A stretch of 64,000 bases of DNA, taken from NCBI RefSeq assembly GCF_054482595.1, contig NZ_CM137008.1. The stretch is one strand, 5' to 3'. Every line of letters begins with the position of its first letter. The stretch's first letter is position 1. This document shows, one piece after another, positions 53,776 to 64,000 of this stretch. Both the position numbers and the translations under genes were made by a program. Below the pieces are notes generated by a model. It saw only the letters and a program-made list of their open reading frames with translations. It searched no databases and was not told the origin of the DNA.

Positions 53776-55187
53776 TGCGCGCTCCTTTTTCGCCGCGAAA
53801 TAGCTACATTTTGATGCGTATCGTTCGGCACTCTGGCAAAGATGAACGCCGGAAGGGCGATGATAAACGCCATGCTAAGCCAGGTGTACATAAAGACGGT
53901 TTGTGTGGTGCCGCTGTCGACGCTGACATGCTGCGAACCAAAAAGTCCCAGCAACAGCCCGGCGATGGTGACGCCGATACTCATCGACAATTGCATAATC
54001 ATCGACAGCAGGCTGTTTCCGCTGCTCGCCAGATTGTCCGGGAGATCTTTCAGCGTCAGGGTGTTCATGGAGGAGAAACGCGTCGAGTTGACCATCCCTT
54101 GTAAAAACAGGACGAACGGCAAAACGTAGTACCAGCCCAGCAGAGCGGTAGTCATAAACAACAGGGTGACCAGCGACAGACCCAGCGTGGTCGCTACCAG
54201 TACCCGACGATAACCAAAGCGATTCACCACCTGTACAACAATTCGCTTCATTCCCATGCTGCCAAGCACCATCGGGATCATCATCAGTCCGGCATGAAAC
54301 GGCGAGAAACCGAGGCCAATTTGCAGGAAAACCGGTGTCATAAAGGGCAACATGCCACTGCCAATACGTCCGGCAAAGCTCCCCGCCAGGCCCAGCGAAA
54401 AGGTACGAGTGCGGAACAGTTTCAGACTGAAAAGAGCGCGGTTGTTATTTCTGGCGTGCAGCAGATAAAGCACCAGTGCCACCACACCAACTGCGACCAG
54501 GCCAGCAATCGCCAGCGGCGATAAACCTGTACCTTTACTGCCGTCCAGCGCCAGGGTTAATACCGCCATGCCAACCGCCAGCAATAAAAAGCCGGAAAGA
54601 TCAAAGCGCCGCGTCTGCATGGTGTAGTTCGGCATTAACAGCAATGTGGCGATCGCACCGATAATCCCCACCGGAATGTTGATCAAAAAGATCCAGTGCC
54701 ACGACGCGTACTCCACCAGCAGACCGCCGAGCGCCGGACCGAGCAGCGGACCGACCTGACCGGGTAACGTGACAAAGGTCATCGCCGCCATATATTGCTC
54801 GCGCGGTACGATTTTCATCACCGTCAATCTGCCGACCGGCACCATCATCGCGCCGCCAACGCCCTGTAACGCGCGTGCCAGCAACAGTTCGTTCAGCGTG
54901 CCGGAAAGCGCGCAAAACAGTGAACCGAGAGTAAACAGCACGATGGCGGTAAAGAAAATATTGCGCACGCCGACTTTGTCCGCCAGCCAGCCGCTGGCGG
55001 GCAGCATCACCGCCACGGTCAGCACATAAGAGACAATGACCATGTGCATATGCAACGGACTTTCCCCGAGGCTTTGCGCCATTGAGGGAAGGGCGGTGTT
55101 TACGATGGTGGTGTCCAGCGACTGCATAAAGAAGCCGAAAGCCACAATCCACAATTGCCAACGGGTGCTGTCGGGAAGATCTGTCAT
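53772..55187 (-). CDS. mdtD: MFS transporter MdtD (471 aa)
   Basis: 14-TM MFS-like protein lying between mdtC and baeS. Confidence 0.9.
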   Translation of the reverse strand: MTDLPDSTRWQLWIVAFGFFMQSLDTTIVNTALPSMAQSLGESPLHMHMVIVSYVLTVAVMLPASGWLADKVGVRNIFFTAIVLFTLGSLFCALSGTLNELLLARALQGVGGAMMVPVGRLTVMKIVPREQYMAAMTFVTLPGQVGPLLGPALGGLLVEYASWHWIFLINIPVGIIGAIATLLLMPNYTMQTRRFDLSGFLLLAVGMAVLTLALDGSKGTGLSPLAIAGLVAVGVVALVLYLLHARNNNRALFSLKLFRTRTFSLGLAGSFAGRIGSGMLPFMTPVFLQIGLGFSPFHAGLMMIPMVLGSMGMKRIVVQVVNRFGYRRVLVATTLGLSLVTLLFMTTALLGWYYVLPFVLFLQGMVNSTRFSSMNTLTLKDLPDNLASSGNSLLSMIMQLSMSIGVTIAGLLLGLFGSQHVSVDSGTTQTVFMYTWLSMAFIIALPAFIFARVPNDTHQNVAISRRKRSAQ

Positions 55188-58100
55188 TTACTCGGTTACC
55201 GTTTGTTTAGGTTTACGCGAAAAACGCAGCCGCAGACGGTCGAAAAAGAGATACACCACCGGCGTGGTATACAGCGTAAGGAGCTGGCTCATTACCAGTC
55301 CGCCGACAATGGTGATCCCCAGGGGTTGCCGCAGCTCCGAGCCGTCGCCGCCCGACAATACCAGCGGCAGCGCACCAAACAGCGCCGCCAGGGTAGTCAT
55401 CATAATCGGGCGAAAACGCAGCAGACAGGCCTGGAAAATAGCTTCCTGCGGCGTCAGGTTACCGTGCCGTTGGGCTTCAAGCGCAAAATCGACCATCATA
55501 ATGGCGTTTTTCTTCACGATGCCGATTAATAGCATGATCCCTATCAGGGCGATTAGGCTGAACGGGGCATTGAACAGCTCCAGCGCCAACAGCGCTCCAA
55601 CGCCCGCCGAGGGCAGGGTGGAGAGAATCGTCAGCGGATGTACGTAACTCTCGTAAAGGATACCCAGCACGATATACACCGTGGCGATGGCGGCGATAAT
55701 CAGGATCACCTGCGAGTTCATCGTCTCCTGGAACACCTGCGCCGTGCCGGCAAAACTGCCGCGCACCGTCGAAGGCACACCAAGCTGGGTCATTGCGCGA
55801 TCGATCGCCGCACTGGCGTCCGAGAGCGATTTTCCGGTCGGCAGGTTAAACGAAATGGTCGAGGCCGCCGATAATCCCTGATGATTCACCGATAGTGGGG
55901 CATTCGCCGGTTGCCATTTAGCGAAATACGACAGCGGGATCGCTTTGCCTTCGTTATTGATAACGAACATTTTTTCCAGCGCACTGATGTCCTGGGTATA
56001 GCGCGGATCCACTTCCATCACCACTTTATACTGGTTCATCGGCTGGTAAATGGTCGAGATTTGCCGCTGACCGAAGGCGTTATTTAACAGACTGTTGGCG
56101 GCTTGTACGTCGATTCCCAGCCGTGCCATGGTGTCGCGGTCGTAAACCAGATTCATCTCCGCGCCGTTATCCTGCTGATCGGAGTTCACGTCCGCCAGTT
56201 CCGGCAACGTCGCCAGTTTTTTGCGGATTTTCGGCTCCCATTCTCGCAGTGCCGCCAGGTCGTCGGATAACAACGTGTACTGGTAGCTGGCGTTCGACTG
56301 ACGCCCACCAACGCGAATATCCTGTACCGCCATCAGGAACAGATTCGCCCCCGGTTCTTTCGCCAGTTTTACGCGCAGACGGTCGATAATTTGCTGCGCC
56401 GTTTCGCTGCGTTCGTCGCGTGGCTTGAGGGTGATAAACATCATCCCGCTGTTCACTCGCGAACCGCCTGTAAAGCCGGTGACATTATCCACTGCCGGAT
56501 CGTCACGGATAATTTTCATGAAATCCTGCAACTTACCGCGCATCGCCTGAAACGAAATACTCTGATCCGCCTGAATCCCGCCCATCAACACGCCAGTGTC
56601 CTGCTCCGGGAAGAAGGTTTTCGGGATCGAGATATACAGCCAGATATTCAGCGCAATGGTGCCAAGCAGCACCACGCCCACCAGACGGGTATGATTGAGC
56701 ACCCATTTCAGTGACTTGCCGTAGCCTTGTTGCAGGGCTACCAACATGCGACCAAAACCACGCAGTCGCTTTTGCTCGCGCGGCTTGCTGGCTTTCAGCA
56801 TCCAGCCACACATCATTGGCGTTAATGTCAGAGAAACCAGCAACGATATACCAATGGCGACAGAAAGCGTCACGGCAAATTCGCGTAACAGTCGGCCCGG
56901 CAATCCGCCCATCAACAGCAGCGGCAGGAACACCGCCACCAGTGACAGACTCATCGACAGCACCGTAAAACCGACTTCGCGAGTACCTTGCAGTGCGGCT
57001 TGCAACGGTTTCATTCCCGCTTCCAGATGACGTGCAATGTTTTCCAGCACCACGATGGCGTCATCCACCACGAAACCAGTAGCGATGGTGAGCGCCATTA
57101 ACGAAAGGTTATTGAGACTGAATCCGCACAGGTACATCGCCGCAAACGTACCAATCAGCGAAACCGGCACCGAAACGGCGGGAATAATAGTGGCGCGACC
57201 CGAGCGCAGGAATAAAAACACCACCAGAATCACCAGCGCCACCGAGATAATCAGCGTTTGCTCGACTTCTTCCAGCGAGGCGCGAATGGTGGGGGAGCGA
57301 TCCTGGGCAATTTGCAGATCAATCGCCGCCGGAATGGTTTCCTGCAACTCCGGTAATTTTGCCCGGATGCTGTCAACCGTCTGGATAATATTGGCTTCCG
57401 GCAGTTTGCGGATCATCAGTAAAATAGCCGGTTTGGCGTTGGTCATCCCGGCGTTGCGCACATCCTGCACTGAGTCGGTCACCGTCGCCACATCGCCCAG
57501 ACGAACCGCGCCGCCGTTGTTGTAGTGAATAATCAACGGCTGATATTCAGCGGCGGTTTTTAGCTCATCATTGGTCTGGATCTGCCAGCGGTGAGTGCCA
57601 TCTTCCAGCGCGCCCTGCGGTTTACGCACGTTGGCATTGCTGACGGCGGTGCGTACGTCGTCCAGCGACACGCCCTGATTAAACAGCGCCTGCGGATTCA
57701 GCCCGACGCGTACGGCGGGCAGTGAGCTGCCGCCGACATCGACATCACCAACACCGTCGATTTGCGAAATCGTCGGAGCCAGCTGCGTCGAGGCGAAATC
57801 GTACAGTTCACCCTGCGAATAAGTATCGGACGTCAGCGTGAGGATCATAATTGGCGCATCCGACGGGTTCGCTTTGCGATAGGTCGGGCGGCTGGGCATC
57901 CCACTGGGCAGCAAACTTTGTGCAGCGTTGATCGCCGCCTGCACATCACGCGCTGCGCCGTTGATATCCCGGTCAAAATCAAACTGCAAAATAATACGCG
58001 TGCTGCCGAGCGAACTGCTGGAGGTCATTTCACTGACTCCGGCAATGCGCCCAAGTGAGCGCTCCAGCGGCGTGGCAACGGAAGACGCCATTGTTTCTGG

Positions 58101-58265
58101 TGACGCACCGGGCAGCGAGGCGCTGACCATAATCACCGGAAAATCGACCTGCGGCAGCGGGGCGACCGGCAGCATACGGAAGCCCAGTATGCCGCACAGG
58201 GTAATGGCAACCGACAGTAAAATCGTCGCCACCGGACGGTAAATGAAGAGGGCAAAAAACTTCAC
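55188..58265 (-). CDS. mdtC: RND multidrug efflux permease MdtC (1025 aa)
   Basis: AcrB-family length and motifs; directly abuts the mdtB stop. Confidence 0.95.
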   Translation of the reverse strand: MKFFALFIYRPVATILLSVAITLCGILGFRMLPVAPLPQVDFPVIMVSASLPGASPETMASSVATPLERSLGRIAGVSEMTSSSSLGSTRIILQFDFDRDINGAARDVQAAINAAQSLLPSGMPSRPTYRKANPSDAPIMILTLTSDTYSQGELYDFASTQLAPTISQIDGVGDVDVGGSSLPAVRVGLNPQALFNQGVSLDDVRTAVSNANVRKPQGALEDGTHRWQIQTNDELKTAAEYQPLIIHYNNGGAVRLGDVATVTDSVQDVRNAGMTNAKPAILLMIRKLPEANIIQTVDSIRAKLPELQETIPAAIDLQIAQDRSPTIRASLEEVEQTLIISVALVILVVFLFLRSGRATIIPAVSVPVSLIGTFAAMYLCGFSLNNLSLMALTIATGFVVDDAIVVLENIARHLEAGMKPLQAALQGTREVGFTVLSMSLSLVAVFLPLLLMGGLPGRLLREFAVTLSVAIGISLLVSLTLTPMMCGWMLKASKPREQKRLRGFGRMLVALQQGYGKSLKWVLNHTRLVGVVLLGTIALNIWLYISIPKTFFPEQDTGVLMGGIQADQSISFQAMRGKLQDFMKIIRDDPAVDNVTGFTGGSRVNSGMMFITLKPRDERSETAQQIIDRLRVKLAKEPGANLFLMAVQDIRVGGRQSNASYQYTLLSDDLAALREWEPKIRKKLATLPELADVNSDQQDNGAEMNLVYDRDTMARLGIDVQAANSLLNNAFGQRQISTIYQPMNQYKVVMEVDPRYTQDISALEKMFVINNEGKAIPLSYFAKWQPANAPLSVNHQGLSAASTISFNLPTGKSLSDASAAIDRAMTQLGVPSTVRGSFAGTAQVFQETMNSQVILIIAAIATVYIVLGILYESYVHPLTILSTLPSAGVGALLALELFNAPFSLIALIGIMLLIGIVKKNAIMMVDFALEAQRHGNLTPQEAIFQACLLRFRPIMMTTLAALFGALPLVLSGGDGSELRQPLGITIVGGLVMSQLLTLYTTPVVYLFFDRLRLRFSRKPKQTVTE

Positions 58266-61200
58266 TTACGCCTCCTCTTCATGACGGGCAAAGCGGCTTT
58301 TGGTCCACAATGCCAGGCGGTCGAACAGCAGATAAATCACCGGCGTGGTGAACAGCGTCAGCACCTGGCTGACAATCAGGCCGCCGACCATGCCGATACC
58401 TAACGGACGACGCAGTTCCGCGCCGACCCCGGTACTCAACATCAGCGGCAGCGCGCCAAGCAGAGCCGCCAGGGTGGTCATCAGGATCGGACGAAAACGC
58501 AACAGACAAGCCTGGTAGATTGCCTCGCGCGGCGACATGCCTTGCTCGCGCTCGGCAGCCAGCGCGAAGTCGATCATCATGATGGCGTTCTTCTTCACGA
58601 TACCGATCAGCAAAATAATGCCGATAATCGCAATCACATCCAGTTCGCTACCAGCAATCAGCAACGCCAGCAGTGCGCCAACCCCTGCGGTGGGTAGCGT
58701 CGAGAGAATGGTGATCGGGTGAATAAAGCTCTCGTACAGAATGCCGAGCACGATATACATCGCCACCACCGCCGCGACAATCAGCCAGACAGTGCTGCCC
58801 AGCGCCGACTGGAAGGCGAGGGTGCTGCCCTGGAACTGCGTGGTGATATCCACCGGCAGATTCAGCGTCTTTTCGGTGTCCATAATCGCCTGCACCGCAT
58901 CGCCCAGCGAATAGTTATCCGGCACGTTAAAGGAGATGGTCGTTACCGGGAACTGATCCAGATGGTTGATGGAGAGCGGCGCAAAACGCTGCTCAATTTT
59001 GGCAATTGAGCTTAGCGGCACCACGCCGCCGTCGCTGCTGGTCAGGCGAATGGTATCCAGCGCCGCGAGGCCTGGGGTATTTTCGGTGTTGTGCTCCAGC
59101 ACCACGCGATACTGGTTGGCCTGAGTATAAATAGTGGAAATCAGCCGCTGACCAAACGCGTTGTACAGGGCGTTATCGACATCCGCCATGCTGATCCCCA
59201 GACGGCTGGCGCTGTCGCGATCAACATTGACATACGCCACCAGCCCTTTGTCCTGCCAGTCGCTGGAGACATCAGAAAGCTGTGGCAGTTGCTGGAGTTT
59301 TTCCATCAACTGTGGCACCCAGGTACTGAGCGCATCCAGTGACGTGGCCTGCAAGGTAAACTGGTACTGGGTGCGGCTGACCTGAGTATCAATAGTCAGA
59401 TCCTGCGTTGGTTGCAGGAAGAGATCGACGCCCGGCACTTTATCTACCGCCGTTTGCAGACGGGCGATGACTTTTTGCACCCGATCATCACGTTCATCCA
59501 ACGGTTTGAGGTTGATTTGTAAACGTGCACTGTTCAGCGACGGGTTAGTGCCATCAACGCCAACAAATGAGGTCAGGCTTTGCACTGCCGGATCCTGCAA
59601 AATCACGTCCGCGACCTGGCGTTGTCGCTGGGCCATATTGGCAAAGGAGCTGGATTGCGGTGCCTGCAAAGTGCCCTGAATAATGCCATTGTCCTGTACC
59701 GGGAAGAAACCTTTCGGAATGAACACCCACAGCAGCACGCTAAGCAGCAGCGTGCTGAGTGCCACGCTTAAGGTCAGCCACGGATGATTCAGCACTTTCG
59801 CCAGTCCACGACCATAGGCGGCGATTATCCTGTCGAACATTTTTTCCGAGGCACGGGAGAAGCGGTTCTGTTTACGCAACGACTCCTGGCTGAGCATCCG
59901 CGCGCACATCATCGGTGTCAGGGTCAGCGACACCACCGCTGAGATCAAAATCGCTACCGCCAGGGTAATAGCAAATTCGCGGAACAGTCGCCCGACGATA
60001 TCGCCCATAAACAGCAGTGGGATCAACACCGCAATCAGTGAGAAGGTCAGCGAGATAATGGTAAAGCCGATTTCACCTGCGCCCTTGAGCGCCGCCGCCA
60101 ACGGTTTTTCGCCTTTTTCGATATAGCGGGAAATGTTTTCGATCACCACGATGGCGTCATCGACCACGAATCCGGTGGCGATAGTTAACGCCATCAGTGT
60201 CAGGTTATTGATTGAAAAATCGAGAAACACCATAACCGCGAAAGTGCCGATTAACGACAGCGGTACAGCAACACCGGGAATGATGGTCGCCGGAATGTTG
60301 CGCAAAAACAGGTAGATAATCATGACTACCAGCGCGATAGCCATCATCAATTCAAACTGAGTATCATCGACGGATGCGCGGATATTGGTGGTGCGATCGG
60401 AAAGCACTGTCACCTTCACCGATTTCGGCAGACTCTCAGTGAGCTGTGGCAGCATCTGCCGAATGCTGTCGGCGGTGGAGATAATGTTAGCACCGGGCTG
60501 GCGCTGAACATTCATCACAATGGCCTGTTCTTTGTTCGCCCACGCGCCGAGCCAGCTGTTTTCTGCACCTTGCTCTACAGTTGCGACATCGCCCAGACGA
60601 ATTGGCGCGCCGTTCTGGTAGGCGATGATTAGCTGGCGATACTCTTCGGCGGATTGCATCTGGTCGTTCGCGGAAAGCGTGACCGCACGGGAAGGGCCGT
60701 CGAGGCTACCTTTTGCCGAGTTAACGTTAGCGCCGGTAATGGCGGTGCGCACGGTTTCGCTGGTCAGGCCGAGGGCGGCAATCGCCTGAGCGTTAAGTTT
60801 GACGCGAACAGCCGGACGCTGACCGCCGGAAAGCGTCACCAGGCCGACGCCGGAAATCTGCGAGATTTTCTGCGCGACGCGGGTTTCCACCATATCTTCC
60901 ACTTGCGTCATCGGCATGGCGGTTGAGGTGACGGCGAGCGTCATGATCGGCGGATCTGCCGGGTTCACTTTGCTGTAAACCGGCGGGTTAGGCAGATCGC
61001 TCGGTAGCAGGTTAGTGGCGGCGTTAATCGCGGCCTGCACTTCCTGCTCGGCGACATCGAGCGGTAATGTTAGCTGGAACTGCAAAGTGATAACTGACGC
61101 ACCGCCGGAACTTTGCGACGACATCTGTTTCAGGCCAGACATCTGCCCGAACTGGCGTTCTAGCGGCGCGGTAACGGCAGAGGTCATGACATCCGGGCTG

Positions 61201-61388
61201 GCACCTGGGTAGAGCGTGACCACCTGAATGGTCGGATAGTCCACTTCCGGCAGCGCCGAAACGGGCAGGGCGCGATAACCGATAATCCCGGCGAGTAAGA
61301 TCGCCACCATCAGCAGCGTGGTGGCCACAGGACGCATAATAAACAGGCGCGACGGGCCGCCTGTGCTGCTCGGGGGTAACACCTGCAT
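58266..61388 (-). CDS. mdtB: RND multidrug efflux permease MdtB (1040 aa)
   Basis: AcrB-family paralogue of MdtC; start overlaps the mdtA stop by 1 nt. Confidence 0.95.
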
Positions 61389-62635
61389 CAGGAGCGTGCT
61401 CCTTTTTTCGCGTATTCGCGGCTGGTGGCTTTCTCTTCCGGAGTAGTGGCGCTCTGGGCTTCCACCACTTCCACTTTCGCCCCTTCGGTCAGGCGATCAA
61501 TGCCGTCTGTCACCACGCGATCGCCCGCAGAAATACCTGCACGGATCACCACTTTCTGACTGTCCTGAATGCCCGGCGTCACCAGATGTTTGCTGACCTT
61601 GTTTTCGCTATTCAGCACCCAGACAAAATGGCCTTCATTGCCCATTTGCAGGGCGGCTGTTGGGATCACTACGGCGTTTTGTTCGGTGTCGACTAACATG
61701 CGCGCGTTAACAAACTGATTGGGAAACAGCGCATCATCATGATTATTAAAGCGTGCTTTCACTTTAATCGTACCGGTAGTGGCATCGATTTGGTTATCTA
61801 GACTTAACAGCGTGCCTTCACTTAATTTCTTCGAGTTGGTGCGATCCCAGGCTTCTACCACCAGCGGTTTTCCGGCTTTCTGCGCCTGCACTACGGTAGC
61901 GATATCGCTTTCCGGCAGGGTAAAGACTAAATCGATAGGATGCGTCTGGGTGATCACCACGATCCCGGTGGTATCACCACTGGAGATTTGGTTACCAACA
62001 TCAACCTGCTTGAGACCAACGCGACCATCGACTGGTGCGGTAATCCGGCTCCAGTCGAGTTGCAGCTGCGCGCTGGCAACGCTTGCTTCATCAGCCTTAA
62101 TGGTGCCTTCGGTTTCACTGACCAGCGCCTGTTGGGCATCCAGCTCCTGGCGGGAAACGAGATTGGTTTTTGCCAGTTGTTGATAACGCGCCAGGTCACG
62201 GCGGGCGTTGGCAAGCGTGGCTTTATCTTTTGCCAGTTGGCCCTGGGCTTGTGCTAATGCAACTTTGAACTGGCTGGGGTCAATTTCTGCCAGTAAATCG
62301 CCTGCTTTGACCTGCTGGCCTTCCTGGAAATGTAACGCTATCAGTTGGCCGTCCACGCGGCTGCGCACCGTAACGGTATTAGCGGCGGTAATGGTGCCAA
62401 GCCCGGTGAGGTAACGCGGAACTGCCTGTTCTACGGCGGTCGCCGCCTGAACCGGGGCTAATGGGCCGGAACGCATACCACGTCGACCACCCGCTGGCGA
62501 TTGCTGCGCTTGTTTCGTCGCCCCTGGGGCTGCACTCCGGGAGTCATTGCGGCCTTGCCAGAACCAGAATGCGGCGATGGCGGCGATAACCACCACGATT
62601 ACGATTACCCAACGGGATTTATAACTACCTTTCAT
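61388..62635 (-). CDS. mdtA: RND membrane-fusion (periplasmic adaptor) protein MdtA (415 aa)
   Basis: ORF trimmed to [19 protein letters not shown] (ATG at 62633-62635); HlyD-like adaptor. Confidence 0.9.
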   Translation of the reverse strand: MKGSYKSRWVIVIVVVIAAIAAFWFWQGRNDSRSAAPGATKQAQQSPAGGRRGMRSGPLAPVQAATAVEQAVPRYLTGLGTITAANTVTVRSRVDGQLIALHFQEGQQVKAGDLLAEIDPSQFKVALAQAQGQLAKDKATLANARRDLARYQQLAKTNLVSRQELDAQQALVSETEGTIKADEASVASAQLQLDWSRITAPVDGRVGLKQVDVGNQISSGDTTGIVVITQTHPIDLVFTLPESDIATVVQAQKAGKPLVVEAWDRTNSKKLSEGTLLSLDNQIDATTGTIKVKARFNNHDDALFPNQFVNARMLVDTEQNAVVIPTAALQMGNEGHFVWVLNSENKVSKHLVTPGIQDSQKVVIRAGISAGDRVVTDGIDRLTEGAKVEVVEAQSATTPEEKATSREYAKKGARS

Positions 62636-62683
62636 CGTTAAGAGTTTCTCTTCCTGAAACGTTTCGCGGAATGATACTAGTGT

Positions 62684-62714
62684 AGCCAGCCAATAAGGGA
62701 GAAAAATGGAGGAA
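62684..62714 (-). promoter_or_regulatory. Candidate BaeR box upstream of mdtA
   Basis: Minus strand reads ttcctccatttttctcccttattggctggc, close to the recalled BaeR consensus TTTTTCTCCATDATTGGC. Confidence 0.55.
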
Positions 62715-62854
62715 TTATGAAACACTGTCTGGAATCGTCTGAATGACGGGCACATTTGCGAGCACGCATCCAGTAATAACACATGAAACTATTTTATCTA
62801 CGCGTTAGCGATAGACTGCTTGCATGGCGAAAGGAGGTAAGCCGACGATTTCAG

Positions 62855-63000
62855 CGGGACGCTGAAACGGGAAAGCCCCTCCCGAGGAAGGGGCCATAAA
62901 TAAGGAAAGGGTCATGATGAAGTGGATCATCATCGTGGTGCTCTTAGTCATAAGCTTCCCGGCTTACTAAGACTACCAGGGCGGGGGAAACCCCGCTCTA
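62855..63000 (-). ncRNA. Candidate Sib antisense antitoxin sRNA, copy 1 (boundaries approximate)
   Basis: Inferred from the ibs/sib architecture, in which the antisense sRNA fully overlaps the ibs ORF; hairpin elements at both ends of the unit. Confidence 0.4.
62914..62970 (+). CDS. Ibs-family hydrophobic toxin peptide (18 aa, MMKWIIIVVLLVISFPAY)
   Basis: ATGATG start, wholly hydrophobic peptide ending in AY, RBS aggaaaggg; location between mdtA and yegL matches the recalled K-12 ibsA/ibsB-sibA/sibB locus. Confidence 0.65.
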   Translation: MMKWIIIVVLLVISFPAY

Positions 63001-63179
63001 CCCTCACTCCTGAAAGTATGCCTTCACGATAAGATTGTCAATCCGCAGGCTTTGCAGTCTGCGATCCTGCCAGCAAATATTCTTTGCGAGTCGTTACGCA
63101 ATAATCACAGAGGAAACTATTTTGTTCACGCGTTAGCGATAGACTGTATTCAGGGCGAAAGGAGGTAAGCCGACGATTT

Positions 63180-63330
63180 CAGCGGGATGCTGAAACGGGA
63201 AAGCCCCTCCCGGAGAAGAGGGCTTTTAATAAGGAAAGGGTTATGATGAAGCACGTCATCATACTGGTGATACTCTTAGTGATTAGCTTCCAGGCTTACT
63301 AAGAACACCAGGGGGAGGGGGAAACCTCTC
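63180..63330 (-). ncRNA. Candidate Sib antisense antitoxin sRNA, copy 2 (boundaries approximate)
   Basis: As copy 1; minus-strand hairpin gccctcttctccgggaggggc followed by a T-rich run just beyond the ibs start. Confidence 0.4.
63243..63302 (+). CDS. ibsA: Ibs-family hydrophobic toxin peptide (19 aa, MMKHVIILVILLVISFQAY)
   Basis: Near-identical to recalled IbsA (MMKHVIILVILLVISFPAY); A versus B assignment uncertain. Confidence 0.65.
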   Translation: MMKHVIILVILLVISFQAY

Positions 63331-63522
63331 CCTAACCCTCACTCCTGAAATTATGTCACTCCGCCCTTAGTGTCAATCGACGGCTCTCCGTTCTTGCGAG
63401 GCGAATAGCAAAATTTTCTGCGCCGCCGGGCCTAATTCTGAAAGTTTCTTCGTTTGCTCTTATTTCATTATTGCAGTCGGTATGATACCGGACCTCGATA
63501 ATTCTCTAAGAAAGGATTTCTT

Positions 63523-64000
63523 ATGAGCGAACAAATCACGTTTGCCACCAGCGATTTTGCCAGTAACCCGGAACCACGTTGCCCCTGCATTTTGCTGCTG
63601 GATGTTTCTGGTTCTATGAACGGTAGACCTATTAATGAACTTAACGCCGGATTGGTTACCTTTCGTGATGAACTGCTTGCTGATCCGCTGGCTTTAAAAA
63701 GAGTGGAACTCGGCATTGTGACGTTCGGCCCGGTGCATGTGGAACAACCCTTTACCAGCGCCGCTAATTTTTTTCCGCCCATCCTGTTTGCCCAGGGCGA
63801 TACACCAATGGGTGCGGCCATTACCAAAGCCCTGGATATGGTAGAGGAGCGGAAACGTGAGTATCGTGCAAATGGTATTTCGTATTATCGCCCGTGGATT
63901 TTCCTGATTACCGATGGTGCACCAACCGATGAGTGGCAGGCTGCAGCCAACAAAGTGTTTCGGGGGGAAGAAGATAAAAGGTTTGCTTTCTTTTCCATCG
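63523..64000 (+). CDS. yegL: vWA-domain protein YegL, N-terminal 159 codons; continues beyond the window
   Basis: Frame open from the ATG at 63523 to the window end; MIDAS-type motif LLLDVSGSM and ITDGAPTD; absent from the ORF track because no stop falls inside the window. Confidence 0.8.

Larger units (their letters stand above)
62786..63020. repeat. ibs/sib-type type I toxin-antitoxin unit, copy 1
   Basis: Direct repeat of 63114-63350, period about 328 bp. Confidence 0.75.
63114..63350. repeat. ibs/sib-type type I toxin-antitoxin unit, copy 2
   Basis: Direct repeat of 62786-63020. Confidence 0.75.

Noticed and set aside
61388-62782. Long 5' extensions in ORF-track models for mdtA (464 aa), rcnB (172 aa), yehM (815 aa), yehP (454 aa), fbaB (374 aa) and yegR (125 aa)
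   Set aside because: The upstream in-frame codons lack an RBS and overlap neighbouring genes or intergenic signals. The internal ATG start with a proper SD and the family-typical N-terminus was chosen instead.
63468-63827. 119-aa minus-strand ORF
   Set aside because: It is antisense to the strongly supported yegL coding frame (vWA MIDAS motif on the plus strand).

Overview
Enterobacterial (Escherichia coli-type) chromosomal segment, gene-dense and with no IS element, prophage, CRISPR array, tRNA or rRNA detected. Gene order matches, in inverted orientation, the region I recall from E. coli K-12 running from yehU/btsS to mdtA/yegL; all product names are from protein motifs read in the ORF track plus recalled family knowledge, with no database search. 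Content in order: btsSR two-component system, yehS, yehR, a tightly coupled yehLMPQ operon (MoxR-type AAA+ ATPase, large unknown protein, vWA protein, SWIM zinc-finger protein), a tandemly duplicated small hydrophobic toxin locus resembling zor-orz type I toxin-antitoxin, yehK, three tandem giant paralogues of 1210-1266 aa (yehI/molR family, two with an N-terminal WGR-like domain), metG, apbC, the yehEDCBA chaperone-usher fimbrial cluster, rcnB-rcnA-rcnR, a TPP riboswitch with thiMD, yegX, yegW, yegVUT, fbaB, a REP cluster, gatYZABCD with an intact gatR, yegS, yegR, CyaR sRNA, yegQ, yegP, baeSR-mdtDCBA, two ibs/sib type I toxin-antitoxin units, and the 5' part of yegL. The most interesting candidate for an undescribed system is the co-oriented block at 2736-22072: the yehLMPQ ATPase/vWA/SWIM operon next to the three giant WGR-type paralogues, with the duplicated toxin locus embedded between them.
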